Source: Candidatus Woesearchaeota archaeon (GTDB lineage: Archaea; Nanobdellota; Nanobdellia; SCGC-AAA011-G17; GW2011-AR18). From it: 60,452 nt of DNA. Numbering within the stretch: the first letter of the stretch is position 1; each line of letters begins with the position of its first letter. This document shows positions 8,754 through 17,992 of the stretch, piece by piece. The translations under genes were made by a program, and so were the position numbers. The notes below the pieces were generated by a model that saw only the letters and a list, made by a program, of their open reading frames with translations, made no database searches and had not been told where the DNA came from. The stretch lies in the NCBI GenBank assembly GCA_018302105.1, contig JAGWAD010000038.1, positions 1 through 60,452 on the forward strand, in the 5' to 3' direction.

Positions 8754-9935
8754 TCAACTGATTACTTTTACGCTTCCATCAAATATAACAGCAAATGCTC
8801 CTGAAATTCCTTTTAATGTTGCTTCCAATTCCATTGTAGGGACTTTTCCAAGAATATTAAAATCCTTGTCTATAATATAAGCCCCTCTTGTTCCAACAAG
8901 GTCATCAAGTAAATTCTTGAAGCTTGCCTTGTTTTTAGGATCAACTTCAGTTTTAGTCTGCGATGGTCTATATTGACGATTGTCTCTATTCCCTTCCTGC
9001 GGCCTATACTCTCTTGTATCTTGTCTGTCTTGTTGTTTATACTCTCTGTCTTCCAAAGGCCTTCTCATATTATTTGCTCTTATTTGTTGTGGTCTTCTGC
9101 TTCCATCAACATCAAACCTAAATTGTTCAGCAGCAACTCTTGCCCTTAAAGCAATATGGATTTCTTTCTTAGTTAATTCTTCAACTTCTTTTCCAGGAGC
9201 AGCTTTGGTAATATAATCGATTTCTGTAGAGTCAAGTAGAGATTTCAAAATCACATCCCCACCTCTGTCTCCATCAACAAAAGCAGTTACAGTTTTTTGC
9301 CTGCATAAGTCTTTTATGCTTTCAGGAATGTTTGTTCCATTTAATCCAACTACATTTTTAAACCCATTTTTTAGCAAGTTTAGTACATCTGCTCTTCCTT
9401 CAACAACAAATATTTCATCAGAAGTATCTACATCAGGACCAGCTGGAAATTTATCTATGCCCCATTCACCTATTTCAGACATTCTAACAGCCTGCATTAC
9501 TTCATTAGTTATTTCTTGACTGTCTGGAAGAACACTTGATTGAAGTTCATTTAACAATTCCTTTGCTCTTGTTATTACAAAGTTTCTTTTACTAACTCTT
9601 AAGTCTTGAATTTTAAGAATTTTAACTTTTGCATTACAAGGTCCAATTCTTTCAATAGTTTCTAAAGAAGCACCAATAATAGCAGTTTCAGCTTTGTCAA
9701 GACTGCAAGGTATGATTATATGACCTGCACTTTTGCCATTAGAAACATCTAAATTAACTTCTATTCTGCCTACTTTTCCAGATCTCTGAAGTTCTCTTAG
9801 TTCTAAGTCTTGGCCTAAAAATCCTTCTGTCTGACCAAATATAGCACCTATGACATCAGGTTTTTCAACCACTCCTTCGATATGAATTTCAGCATCTATT
9901 ACATATTTTGTTGATACAGGACTTACCTTTCCCAT
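8754..9935 (-). CDS. dnaG: archaeal DnaG-type primase (Toprim)
   Basis: N-terminus MGKVSPVSTKYVIDAEIHIEGVVEKPDVIGAIFGQTEGFLG is the archaeal DnaG signature. Toprim region ..IFVVEGRADVLNLLKNG..FVDGDRGGD.. is present. There is an R/Q/D-rich low-complexity insert near the C-terminus. Confidence 0.92.
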   Translation of the reverse strand: MGKVSPVSTKYVIDAEIHIEGVVEKPDVIGAIFGQTEGFLGQDLELRELQRSGKVGRIEVNLDVSNGKSAGHIIIPCSLDKAETAIIGASLETIERIGPCNAKVKILKIQDLRVSKRNFVITRAKELLNELQSSVLPDSQEITNEVMQAVRMSEIGEWGIDKFPAGPDVDTSDEIFVVEGRADVLNLLKNGFKNVVGLNGTNIPESIKDLCRQKTVTAFVDGDRGGDVILKSLLDSTEIDYITKAAPGKEVEELTKKEIHIALRARVAAEQFRFDVDGSRRPQQIRANNMRRPLEDREYKQQDRQDTREYRPQEGNRDNRQYRPSQTKTEVDPKNKASFKNLLDDLVGTRGAYIIDKDFNILGKVPTMELEATLKGISGAFAVIFDGSVKVIS

Positions 9936-10255
9936 TTTTCTTCACCATTAATTCCCTAAGAACAAAGCTTTACACTTTAAAACAGATTTCACATAAACTA
10001 ACTAAATTAGCCTAAATAATACCTGCCAATATATTTATTCCCCCTTTATGGAAAATACCATAATAAATGAAAGTGATCAATAACTTTGTCCTTATTTTTT
10101 GATTTTGATTGTTGCCTGACACTAACTCTCAAGTATCCTCGCCTTGATAGTTGTATCGTAAGCTCTGTTGAGTATTTCTCTATGCCAGGCTCTTAAAATA
10201 GTTAGATGTAATAATTTATATAGTTTTCGAAACATTAATTCATAGAATTTAGTTA

Positions 10256-10633
10256 TTAGACATCAGAAAAACTAGAAAGAAATCTTTCTAATGAAGCTTC
10301 AATATTTTTATCTCCTATTCCCTTTGATCTTAATTCTTGCAGTCTCATTTGTACACTAAACCTGCACCCGATTAAAGAATCGTTAACTAAACGAGACATA
10401 TAACCTTTTCCACCATCAAGTACCCTCACCCCTTTTATACTTAAATAAGGTACGATATTATCAGTTTCAGCAATTTGTAGATATGAAATTAACCCTGCGT
10501 CATAAGACATTATAGAAGGATTTAATACTGCAACATCTAAATCTATCCTAATCAATAAACCAGTTTGAAACCCACTGTCAGTTCTTAAAATTACATATTT
10601 TTCTTTAAATCCGTCGTAAGGTGTTTTTGGCAT
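10256..10633 (-). CDS. hypothetical protein
   Basis: 125-aa ORF, ATG start; no family recognised. Confidence 0.5.
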   Translation of the reverse strand: MPKTPYDGFKEKYVILRTDSGFQTGLLIRIDLDVAVLNPSIMSYDAGLISYLQIAETDNIVPYLSIKGVRVLDGGKGYMSRLVNDSLIGCRFSVQMRLQELRSKGIGDKNIEASLERFLSSFSDV

Positions 10634-10787
10634 AAGATTACTAAAAACTAAACAAATATAAATCTTACTTTTTATTACCCTACAGAAGTTATAGATTATA
10701 TTTTATAGTTAAGAAAAGCTTTTATTCTAATTAATGTTTAAATTTAATATATAGAAAGCTTTATATAATAATAAATGCTACTAAATA

Positions 10788-11666
10788 GTGGTAAAAATGG
10801 TAGAAGAAAATATTTATACATTAAGTCCAAGGAATTTAATTGAAACTGCAACCCTATCAGATTTACTCCATAGAAAACAAAATCATGATATTAACGGCAC
10901 TCGCAATCATTTAGAAAGCGCACTTGAAAATATAAGAGCTAATGTAAGTAATACTAGTTTAGTTGAACAATATGCAGAAAGAGCAATAGTATTGAATAAA
11001 TATGCAGAACTTGTTGCAGATGGAATAAATAGATTAATTGTAAACTCAACTGTACATGAAAAAATGCCATTACTCAATACTCTAGAGATTTTAGCAAAAA
11101 ATGCAAATTTGGATCCAGTAATAGACTTGAGATTTGAAGATTTTACAGATAGTATAGAAATAGCAAATGCAGATGAATTAATATTTCTAGAATTAGCTAA
11201 TTACATAAAAAATGCAGGAGAAAGTTATTATAAAGCAGGAGATAAGAAAGTTGAAGGAAGATTACCTGTTACTCTAAAATCAAAAATTGTAAGTCTTGAA
11301 GATCCAAAAAAATTAGGAGAAAATGCAATCTTATATAGAATTGGAACTCCTTTTATAAGAGTCTCAGTTACAGATCAAGGATATGGCATAAGTAAAGAAA
11401 ATTTACCTCAAATATTCAGAAAAGGTTTTTCAACAAAATCAGATGCAGATGAATCATTCAGAGGAATAGGTTTATCATTAACAGAGCATACACTAATGAA
11501 TATTCATGGTTATCTTGAAGTTAAAAGTAAAGAAGGAAAAGGGACCACTTTCAGTTTATATTTCCCAGTAGAACATAACGATTATAAAGAAATGCAGAAA
11601 AGAATACATAACAAAAAATTGTCCATGCAAAAACCAATTTATGGCAGTTCTGAAAATACGGATTAA
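10788..11666 (+). CDS. GHKL/HATPase_c-domain protein (histidine-kinase-like; no partner receiver in the window)
   Basis: C-terminal ..ISVTDQGYGISKENLPQIFRKGFSTK..FRGIGLSLTEHTLMNIHGYLEVKSKEGKGTTFSLYFP.. corresponds to N/G1/G2 boxes. GTG start at 10788; ATG at 10797 is more likely. Confidence 0.75.
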   Translation: MVKMVEENIYTLSPRNLIETATLSDLLHRKQNHDINGTRNHLESALENIRANVSNTSLVEQYAERAIVLNKYAELVADGINRLIVNSTVHEKMPLLNTLEILAKNANLDPVIDLRFEDFTDSIEIANADELIFLELANYIKNAGESYYKAGDKKVEGRLPVTLKSKIVSLEDPKKLGENAILYRIGTPFIRVSVTDQGYGISKENLPQIFRKGFSTKSDADESFRGIGLSLTEHTLMNIHGYLEVKSKEGKGTTFSLYFPVEHNDYKEMQKRIHNKKLSMQKPIYGSSENTD

Positions 11667-11702
11667 CCAAAACTTTATAAATAATTCAGATTTTCTAATT
11701 TT

Positions 11703-11960
11703 ATGGAAGGATTAATAACAAGCTTCAGAAGAGGCGTAAGAACACAGAAAAAATACCAGATGATAGCAAGAGTAAACGGTATTGAAAATGCAGAAAAAGC
11801 TAGATCTTTAATAAATAAAAAAGTAACTTGGAAATCTACAGCAGGAAAGGAAATAAAAGGAGAAATAACAAATCTTCATGGAAATAAAGGAAAAGTAAGA
11901 ATCCAGTTTGAAACAGGTTTGCCAGGCCAAAGTTTAGGAACAAAAATACAAATTGTTTAG
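11703..11960 (+). CDS. rpl35ae: 50S ribosomal protein L35Ae (eL33)
   Basis: 85 aa; ..FRRGVRTQKKYQMIARV..KVTWKS..GKEIKGEITNLHGNKGKVRIQFETGLPGQSLG.. matches the L35Ae pattern. Confidence 0.88.
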   Translation: MEGLITSFRRGVRTQKKYQMIARVNGIENAEKARSLINKKVTWKSTAGKEIKGEITNLHGNKGKVRIQFETGLPGQSLGTKIQIV

Positions 11961-12020
11961 ATTATACACTTTCTTAATTAATAATTTTAGTTATATAATT
12001 TTTTTGTATACAGAAACTAA

Positions 12021-12782
12021 TCATTTTTTAATAACATAAAAAATTTCATTTACAAATTCCAGTTTATTAAACTTGTATCCTAATCTTTTAAGCATCTGCT
12101 CAAACCATCCCCTTCTAGGATAATTCATTCCTCTATTTTTAGTTGTTACACTTGCAAAACTTACAATTAAATAATTAGCTTTTATTTTATTAATTAAATT
12201 CTCACTGGTTTTATGGTCTCTTAGATCCAAAGAATCCAATATTTTAAATAAAAAACATACATCAACTTCAGGAAATTCTTTTATTTCAAGAACATCACCT
12301 TGTAAGATCTCAAATTTAAATTTATTTTTTTTTAAATATTCCTCAATTAAATTACAATCTTCTTTTGTCAGTTCATTAACATAATAAAAAACATCATTTC
12401 CAATTAAACCATAACTTAGAGGATTTAATCCAGCACCAATATCTAATACTGTTTTAGGTTTTCCAGTTATACTAAACAATTTTTCATATAATGCATGATA
12501 AAATTCCTTTCTTTCAAATGTAGATTGGTGAATATCATAATTTAAATTTAATTTCACTTTCTTTACTTTCCAGAATTGCCCATATATTTTATTAAGTTCA
12601 TTTCTTACTTCTTTAACAATTTTCTTTATTTCTCTCTCTTTTAATGTTTCATTTTCACATTTAATTTTTAAAGTATTGCTTCTTTTAAAAAATTCATTTA
12701 TAAAATGCAGGACAAAACCATTATCCAGTCTATCTAATGGCGGCTTGTCTTTAATTTTTTCTATTAAAATTTGGTGCATCAT
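12021..12782 (-). CDS. FmrO-family methyltransferase, homologue of 16S rRNA (guanine1405-N7) methyltransferases (RmtB/ArmA/Sgm type)
   Basis: Motif series recalled from RmtB/ArmA: ..IHQSTFERKEF.. (cf. LHASTKERL), TVLDIGAGLNPLSY (cf. VLDIACGLNPLAL), DVCFLFKILDSLD (cf. DLALIFKLLPLLE), LIVSFASVTTKNRGMNY (cf. MAVSFPTRSLGGRGKGM), EIFYVIKK C-terminus (cf. ELIYLIKK). Confidence 0.65.
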   Translation of the reverse strand: MMHQILIEKIKDKPPLDRLDNGFVLHFINEFFKRSNTLKIKCENETLKEREIKKIVKEVRNELNKIYGQFWKVKKVKLNLNYDIHQSTFERKEFYHALYEKLFSITGKPKTVLDIGAGLNPLSYGLIGNDVFYYVNELTKEDCNLIEEYLKKNKFKFEILQGDVLEIKEFPEVDVCFLFKILDSLDLRDHKTSENLINKIKANYLIVSFASVTTKNRGMNYPRRGWFEQMLKRLGYKFNKLEFVNEIFYVIKK

Positions 12783-12800
12783 TTTTAGTTAAAATTGAAC

Positions 12801-13068
12801 GTAGGCATGCCTGAAAGTGGACACAACTATCCTACTAAGTTTAACCCCGGCCATTCCTCAATCCCGCGCCCCTAAAAGCATTGACATAATTGCTTAGTGT
12901 TGCTCCATTCCTGGCCTCACACCCTTCGCAATCATGACAACCAATCAGGACAGAATATCCTTGTAGTTGCCAAGACTTAGCAAAATAATCATGCCGCCTT
13001 CCAAGCTTCAGCTCTGCTAAAGACCGTTTACAGTTACAGGTGCGGCCTAAACACCCAGCCTAGCCTAC
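12801..13068 (-). ncRNA. ffs: signal recognition particle RNA (archaeal 7S/SRP RNA)
   Basis: GC-rich island. Minus-strand read: 5' GUAGGCUAGGCUGGGUG..CCUGUAAC.. (Alu-domain motifs) .. GUGAGGCCAGGAAUGGAGCAACAC (helix-8 GGAA-loop/AGCA motif) .. GCCUAC 3', with the 5'/3' ends complementary. Confidence 0.85.
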
Positions 13069-13160
13069 AAATAAATAAGGTATTAAAACTTTAAAAGAGT
13101 TTTGGAATATTTTTTATAAGCTTTAAAAACATTTAAATAAAATAAAATACTAAATATTCT

Positions 13161-13352
13161 ATGATTAAAAAGATTTTAATTGCTGTTTTGTTAATATTAT
13201 TATTATTGTTCTTCATAGAGAATCCAGATACATTTAAAAAATTCTTGAATTTCAGTGAAGATAAAATAGAAAAAAGCATAGATACTCTTTCAAATAAATC
13301 GATTACAAATCAGACAATTGAAAATAAAACAATAAGTAATTTTACAGTATAG
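13161..13352 (+). CDS. small membrane-anchored protein with dense N-x-S/T sequons
   Basis: 63 aa; N-terminal TM (ILIAVLLILLLLFFI) and a C-terminal ..NKSITNQTIENKTISNFTV with four sequons. Confidence 0.4.
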   Translation: MIKKILIAVLLILLLLFFIENPDTFKKFLNFSEDKIEKSIDTLSNKSITNQTIENKTISNFTV

Positions 13353-13411
13353 TCAACCAATAAGGTATTTAGTTTTTCAAATTCAGTTTTTACATCTTCT
13401 AAAGTTAAATA

Positions 13412-14011
13412 CTACGATATATTTACTTGCCTAAAATTATCTTGATAAAATAAATATTCATAATTTCCTAAAGTTGCCAGATATTCAATTCCAGAACTAT
13501 CACTTACTATTCCATAAAAAATAGCACTATTTGTTTGGTGAAGTTCGCCTCTTAAACAATCTCCAAATCCATTAGGCAGCGGCTGATTACCCAAAGAAAA
13601 TAAATTTATAAGCTGTAATTTATCTAAATGCCCAAAATCTATTTTAAAAAACAACTTTTCAATACCGTCAATAAAAATAATTGGCAGTTTATTTATTTTA
13701 GGCAGACTTTCCTTTATGCATAAGCTTGCAATTCCAAAATCTCCTTGTTTAAACCAGTTCTCATTTATAATTTTTTGGTATTCTTTTTTATATATCTCTT
13801 TTAATATGGGTTTAAAAAAATCCATGGGCTCATTAATATTATCTGCATCATGCCAAGTGCATAGATATTCGTTATTAGTTTTTAATTTTTTATAAACCCC
13901 ATTCAGAATACTATTACTCATTTCAGGATCACCATAAATAAGAACACTATCTTTAGCACCATCCAAATCCTCGCAGAGATAATCTATATGAAATTTAACT
14001 GACTCATCCAT
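13412..14011 (-). CDS. hypothetical protein
   Basis: 199-aa ORF, ATG start. ..PIIFIDGIEKL.. is Walker-B-like but there is no P-loop. No family assigned. Confidence 0.5.
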   Translation of the reverse strand: MDESVKFHIDYLCEDLDGAKDSVLIYGDPEMSNSILNGVYKKLKTNNEYLCTWHDADNINEPMDFFKPILKEIYKKEYQKIINENWFKQGDFGIASLCIKESLPKINKLPIIFIDGIEKLFFKIDFGHLDKLQLINLFSLGNQPLPNGFGDCLRGELHQTNSAIFYGIVSDSSGIEYLATLGNYEYLFYQDNFRQVNIS

Positions 14012-14041
14012 AATTTTTAAAAGAGAAAAAAGAATTTAAAT

Positions 14042-14950
14042 CTATATACTTATCTTAAACCTATTTTCTAAATCAATCTTACTTATTTGTGAAGCAAATC
14101 CCCTTCCAAAATTATAAGAAACAAGTCCACCAAATAATTCAAAAAATCCAATTTCTCTTCTTACTTCAAATACATCTGCTTCAGTTATATTCAATTCTTT
14201 TTTCATTAATTCAACAGCAGTTTCCCTGTTTCCAAATTCATCAATTAATCCAAATTCTTTAGCTTCACTCCCAAGATAAAATTCTCCAGTAGCAATCTCA
14301 CGAATCTTCGATACGTCGATTTTGCGATTCTGAGCTACTTCTTTTATAAAATATTCATGAATAACATTAATTTTTTTCTGCAATAATTCTCTTTCCTCAT
14401 TTGTAGTTTCTTTATACGGCGATCCTAAGTCTTTATATTTTCCGCCAATAAATCTTTCATATTCTATTCCATATTTTTCAAACAATTGGTTAAATTGCAA
14501 ATAACTTCCTAAAACACCAATGCTTCCAGTTATACTCATTGGAGAAGCAATTATTTTGTCAGTCGAACTGGCAACCCAATATCCGCCAGAAGCTCCAACT
14601 TCCCTGATTACAGCATAATTTGGTTTATCTAATGATTTAACAGCATCAGCAATTTCTTGTGAAGCAACAACTGTACCTCCAGGACTATCAATTTCAAATA
14701 TAATTCCTTTAACATAAGGATCATCTTCAACATCTTTTATTTGTTGGACTATAATAGTAGAAGAAGCACCTAAATCCCCCATCAAAAAACTTTCACCATT
14801 TCCATTAGTAGATATTACACCACTTATAGATATAATTGCAATTCCATTTCCAATACCAACTTTTTTTCCGTCAAATAACAAAAGTGAAATTAGTCCAGCT
14901 AATATAAATAAACCAAATAATACCAGAATAATTAAAATCCATTTATTCAT
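14042..14950 (-). CDS. sppA: signal peptide peptidase SppA (36K type)
   Basis: N-terminal TM, then ..IIFEIDSPGGTV.. and ..GASGGYWVASSTDKIIASPMSITGSIGV.. (ClpP/crotonase-fold S49 motifs). Confidence 0.9.
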   Translation of the reverse strand: MNKWILIILVLFGLFILAGLISLLLFDGKKVGIGNGIAIISISGVISTNGNGESFLMGDLGASSTIIVQQIKDVEDDPYVKGIIFEIDSPGGTVVASQEIADAVKSLDKPNYAVIREVGASGGYWVASSTDKIIASPMSITGSIGVLGSYLQFNQLFEKYGIEYERFIGGKYKDLGSPYKETTNEERELLQKKINVIHEYFIKEVAQNRKIDVSKIREIATGEFYLGSEAKEFGLIDEFGNRETAVELMKKELNITEADVFEVRREIGFFELFGGLVSYNFGRGFASQISKIDLENRFKISI

Positions 14951-15140
14951 TCTAAACTATTTTATAAATCATTTAGTCTCTTAATATACTTTGCTGATTT
15001 TACATTTTTAAAAATTATCTAAATTTGTCATAAATTTTATTAAAGGCATATTAAAAATAATATAAGTTCGATAATATATTTTTAGCTATATTTCTAAATA
15101 AAACAAAAACTATTATAAATAAAGAGTACTTGGTAAAAAT

Positions 15141-16214
15141 ATGGCTAAAGTTAAATTAATACAGGTTTCAGGAAACTACTACGAAGTAGGGTTACAAATA
15201 GGCGCAGCTCTAAAAAATGGGATTAAAAAAGCCGTAAAAATACCACACAAGGAAAATTTGCTTTATAATTTAGATTTAGATACCAAATTCATGAAATGTT
15301 TACCATACGCAAATAAATATTCCCCTAATTTAATAAATGAAATGAAGGGCATGGCAGATGGTTCTAATCAGTCATTTGAAGACTTATTTTTATTAAATAT
15401 GGAAGAATTATGGGATAATCCTCCAGAAAAATGTACATCTATAATACATAAAACAAAAGATGAAGTAAATCTTTACCATAATGAAGATTTTAGAGAAGAA
15501 TATAAGAATGAAGTAGCAATACTAAAATGTAAATTAAAAAAAGTATCATTTCTAAGTGTAATATTTCCAGGATTGCTTGCAGGTTCCTCAGTTAGTCTAA
15601 ATTCATATGGTTTAGTACAAAGCATTAATTCATTAAATTATCATAAAGTAAAAATAGGAGTTCCAAAGAATTTTATTGCAAGAGAAATACTAGAATGCAG
15701 AAATATTAATGAAGTTTTGAAAGTAATTAAAACCAAGAATAGAGCTTCTGGATATAATCATATAATTATAGATAGAAATAAAGTATATAATATAGAAACA
15801 ACACCAACTAACTATGAAATTAGAGAAATAAAAAATGAAATTTTTGCTCATACAAACCATTATTTATCAAACAATCTTACAAAATGCGATTTAGCAAGTA
15901 AAAATTCATATCAAAGACTTAATCTTATTAAAGAAGCCACTGAAGGAAAAGAAATTAGCAAAGATTTAATATTATCTATTTTAAAATCTCATAAAGAAAA
16001 TAGCAGGATATGCAAACATAATCCAAAAATTGAAGATATTACATTAACTTCAGTTATAGCAAAGCCAGGTGAACTTAAGTTATATGCAACAAAGGGCAAT
16101 CCATGCAGAAATAAATATTTTGAATATGCATTAAATGGAAATCCAATTAAAAAAAAATTAATTAAAATTCCAATAATAAACAGACCAAAACAAAAAAATT
16201 TAATTCTCGACTGA
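15141..16214 (+). CDS. peptidase C45 family (acyl-CoA:6-APA acyltransferase-like Ntn hydrolase)
   Basis: ..GMADGSNQSFEDLFLLN..PEKCTSIIH.. has a candidate nucleophile Cys context typical of C45; 357 aa. Confidence 0.65.
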   Translation: MAKVKLIQVSGNYYEVGLQIGAALKNGIKKAVKIPHKENLLYNLDLDTKFMKCLPYANKYSPNLINEMKGMADGSNQSFEDLFLLNMEELWDNPPEKCTSIIHKTKDEVNLYHNEDFREEYKNEVAILKCKLKKVSFLSVIFPGLLAGSSVSLNSYGLVQSINSLNYHKVKIGVPKNFIAREILECRNINEVLKVIKTKNRASGYNHIIIDRNKVYNIETTPTNYEIREIKNEIFAHTNHYLSNNLTKCDLASKNSYQRLNLIKEATEGKEISKDLILSILKSHKENSRICKHNPKIEDITLTSVIAKPGELKLYATKGNPCRNKYFEYALNGNPIKKKLIKIPIINRPKQKNLILD

Positions 16215-16225
16215 TAGGTGGTTAA

Positions 16226-17908
16226 ATGAAATTTATTATTACTGTAATTATTTTTATAATCTCTATAAGTTCTGTTTTTGCTTTTAATACAAATGCACAG
16301 GAAGGAAATACTTGTAATTTTCAGTCAGAAGGAGATGAAAAATGCAATCCAGGTGCAAATTTATATTGTATTGAAGGAACTTGCAAAAGTTATCCTTCTA
16401 ACGAATTTATCTATTGTTTGGATTCAGATGGTAATGATATAACAAAAAAATCTTCTGTAAGTTTCAAATATAGAAGATGGGATTCAGGAGCAATAATACA
16501 GGGTGCAAAAGAAGATGCATGTTATAAACTTGGAACAGATGCTTCTTCAGGATGTTCTGGGACAGATTGTTATGTTGAAGAATTTACATGTAAATTAGAT
16601 TTCCAAAGCAATCCAACAGATGCTCCTTGGCAAAGCAATCAGGTAAAATGTAATTCATGCTCAAATGGCATTTGCCTCGATAGTTTGACTCCTGTAAAAG
16701 AATGCCAGGGTCCAATATCTACTAAATTAAATATTCAGGAAAAAGTAGAAATAACATCTAACAATAGCAATGAAAAAGAAAGATATATTGATACTTGTTA
16801 TAAAGACGGTTTTGGAGTAGCTTCATGTTCAGGCAATAATTGCGAAATAAAAGAATACTATTGCAGCCAAGGTTCTTATAATCAAGTTCACCAATCTAAA
16901 AATACTAAATGTAATTCTTGTTCAAATGGTGCATGTGTAGAAGAAAACAATACAAGAATATGTGCAGGACCAGAATCTCCAAATGCAAAAGTTCAGGAAA
17001 AAGTTGAAATGAACAATAATGGAGAAAGACAAATATATACTGATAACTGTTACAAGGATGGATTCGAAACAGAATCATGTTCAGGTACAAGATGCGAAAT
17101 AAAGGAATATTATTGTGATAATGAGAGAAAAAATTATTTAATATCTGCAAAGCCATGCATTTCTTGTTCTTTTGGTAGTTGTACTAATGCTACAAGAACT
17201 TGTACTGACAATGATGGCGATGGTTTTAGCATAGATTATGATTGCGGAACAAAAGATTGTGATGATACAAATCCAAATATACGTCCAGATAATTTAGGTC
17301 AGATAATTGGTGGTTGTGGTGCAGGCGGATGTGAAAATGTTCATATAAAGGAAATATGCAATGATAATAAAGATAATGATTGCGATGGTAAAATCGATAT
17401 GAGAGATGAAGAATGCAAAGATAGTGAGAATTGCACAACAACAAATGGCAATATACAATCAGACATTCCAATTACTTTATCTGCAAATCAGGCAAATACA
17501 AGATGTGCTAATAATGAATTCAAATGCAATATAGAAACAAAAGAACTTGTAATGTGTGAAAATAATCAGTGGATGCAGAATGATATGTATGAAATTTTTT
17601 GTAATATAAATAAAGAATGTAATCCTGGAGAACTTTCTTGCGATACAGAAAATGACCAATATAGGTTATGCAATGGCTTTGGAGTATTGGTTGGTCCATT
17701 TAGGGATGATTATACAGAAGTTTGCGAATCAATGGCATGTTCTGAAAATAAATTTCAGTGCAATAATGCAAATAAAAATATTAAGTTTTGCAATGATGGA
17801 ACTTGGTCTGATTACACTTCAGAAGGCTATGAAGAAAACTGCTTGCTTGAAGAAAAAGAAGATAAAAGAAAGAGTTTCTTGGATAAAATAAAAGACTGGC
17901 TCTTCTAA
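16226..17908 (+). CDS. secreted cysteine-rich repeat protein with MopE-like putative metal-binding motifs
   Basis: Signal peptide present. Two about 90-aa internal repeats (KCNSCSNG.C..VQEKVE..CYKDGF..SCSG..CEIKEYYC). Then CTDNDGDGFSIDYDCGTKDCDDTNPNIRP and EICNDNKDNDCDGKIDMRDEEC. Confidence 0.75.
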   Translation: MKFIITVIIFIISISSVFAFNTNAQEGNTCNFQSEGDEKCNPGANLYCIEGTCKSYPSNEFIYCLDSDGNDITKKSSVSFKYRRWDSGAIIQGAKEDACYKLGTDASSGCSGTDCYVEEFTCKLDFQSNPTDAPWQSNQVKCNSCSNGICLDSLTPVKECQGPISTKLNIQEKVEITSNNSNEKERYIDTCYKDGFGVASCSGNNCEIKEYYCSQGSYNQVHQSKNTKCNSCSNGACVEENNTRICAGPESPNAKVQEKVEMNNNGERQIYTDNCYKDGFETESCSGTRCEIKEYYCDNERKNYLISAKPCISCSFGSCTNATRTCTDNDGDGFSIDYDCGTKDCDDTNPNIRPDNLGQIIGGCGAGGCENVHIKEICNDNKDNDCDGKIDMRDEECKDSENCTTTNGNIQSDIPITLSANQANTRCANNEFKCNIETKELVMCENNQWMQNDMYEIFCNINKECNPGELSCDTENDQYRLCNGFGVLVGPFRDDYTEVCESMACSENKFQCNNANKNIKFCNDGTWSDYTSEGYEENCLLEEKEDKRKSFLDKIKDWLF

Positions 17909-17992
17909 TTTTTTGTTTTTTATAGTATAATGCTTTACGTTTTTTTTGGGCTGTAAACTAAACCAATAAATAATTAATAAAATTAGTTTAAT

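Noticed and set aside
10060-10135. Possible C/D-box sRNA (GTGATCA ... TGATT ... CTGA) in the dnaG upstream gap
   Set aside because: The C box is imperfect (GUGAUCA, not RUGAUGA), there is no D' box at the expected spacing, and there is no terminal stem. In AT-rich DNA such fragments arise by chance.
16905-17891. ORFs 16905-17156(-), 17226-17471(-), 17477-17659(-) and 17652-17891(+) within or overlapping the Cys-rich protein gene
   Set aside because: They are antisense or alternative frames of a 560-aa ORF with clear repeat architecture. Their H/L/Y/F-rich translations have no motifs.
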